Positions 63,832-64,000 of a DNA stretch of 64,000 bases are shown piece by piece (the first letter of the stretch is position 1; every line of letters starts with the position of its first letter). The notes beneath the pieces were generated by a model. The model was not told where the DNA came from, did not search any database, and saw only the letters and a list, made by a program, of their open reading frames with translations. A program made the translations under genes and the position numbers. Source of the DNA: Mesotaenium endlicherianum (Eukaryota); contig WELA01002297.1 of NCBI GenBank assembly GCA_009602735.1, forward strand, positions 514,805 to 578,804, given 5' to 3'.

Positions 63832-64000
63832 CAAACTACTGCGGCACTTGTGGTCAAACTGCTTCTAATCCCAAGCATTTGTAAGTCAAATCATGTCAAT
63901 GAAAACCTCATCTCTATTCTAAAAAAATTGGACTTGAGAATGTAGACTTCAAATCACACCTTAAGTATGCTATGCATATAGCCTATTTTGCCTGCTTCAT

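Larger units (their letters stand above)
60960..64000 (-). pseudogene. Old F1-like gag-protease remnant carrying nested insertions
   Basis: Collinear similarity to about 30000-31400; interrupted by the TRIM and the hAT-like element. Confidence 0.7.

Overview
Eukaryotic, plant/streptophyte-alga-like (inferred) repeat-rich DNA. About 53 kb is a nest of retrotransposons, followed by one intron-containing host gene (GT4 glycosyltransferase, 54048-59206) and more TE debris. It contains two chromovirus-type Ty3/Gypsy families (one intact copy, 42117-48796, with 503-bp LTRs, GATAC TSD and a -1 frameshift signal), a decayed DIRS-like remnant, two solo LTRs, a TRIM and hAT-like elements. The standout is a group of Ty3/Gypsy-like elements (D1 16023-27860 minus, D2 35626-52934 plus, fragment D3 5076-8640) with domain order Gag-PR-DNMT3-like C5 methyltransferase-RT-RNaseH-DDE integrase-PHD. 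D1 and D2, whose repeats are unrelated in sequence, share a non-canonical layout: A1-ORFs-PPT-B1-(CA nn TG)-A2-B2. D2 is bounded by TGTCG...CGACA and a 4-bp TSD. D1 has no tRNA PBS; instead it has a 20-nt site complementary (19/20) to a segment inside its own repeat A. My inference is a self-priming retrotransposon whose replicative LTR is B+A and whose 2-LTR circle integrates through an att site in the middle of an LTR. All alignments were done by eye and no database searches were run.
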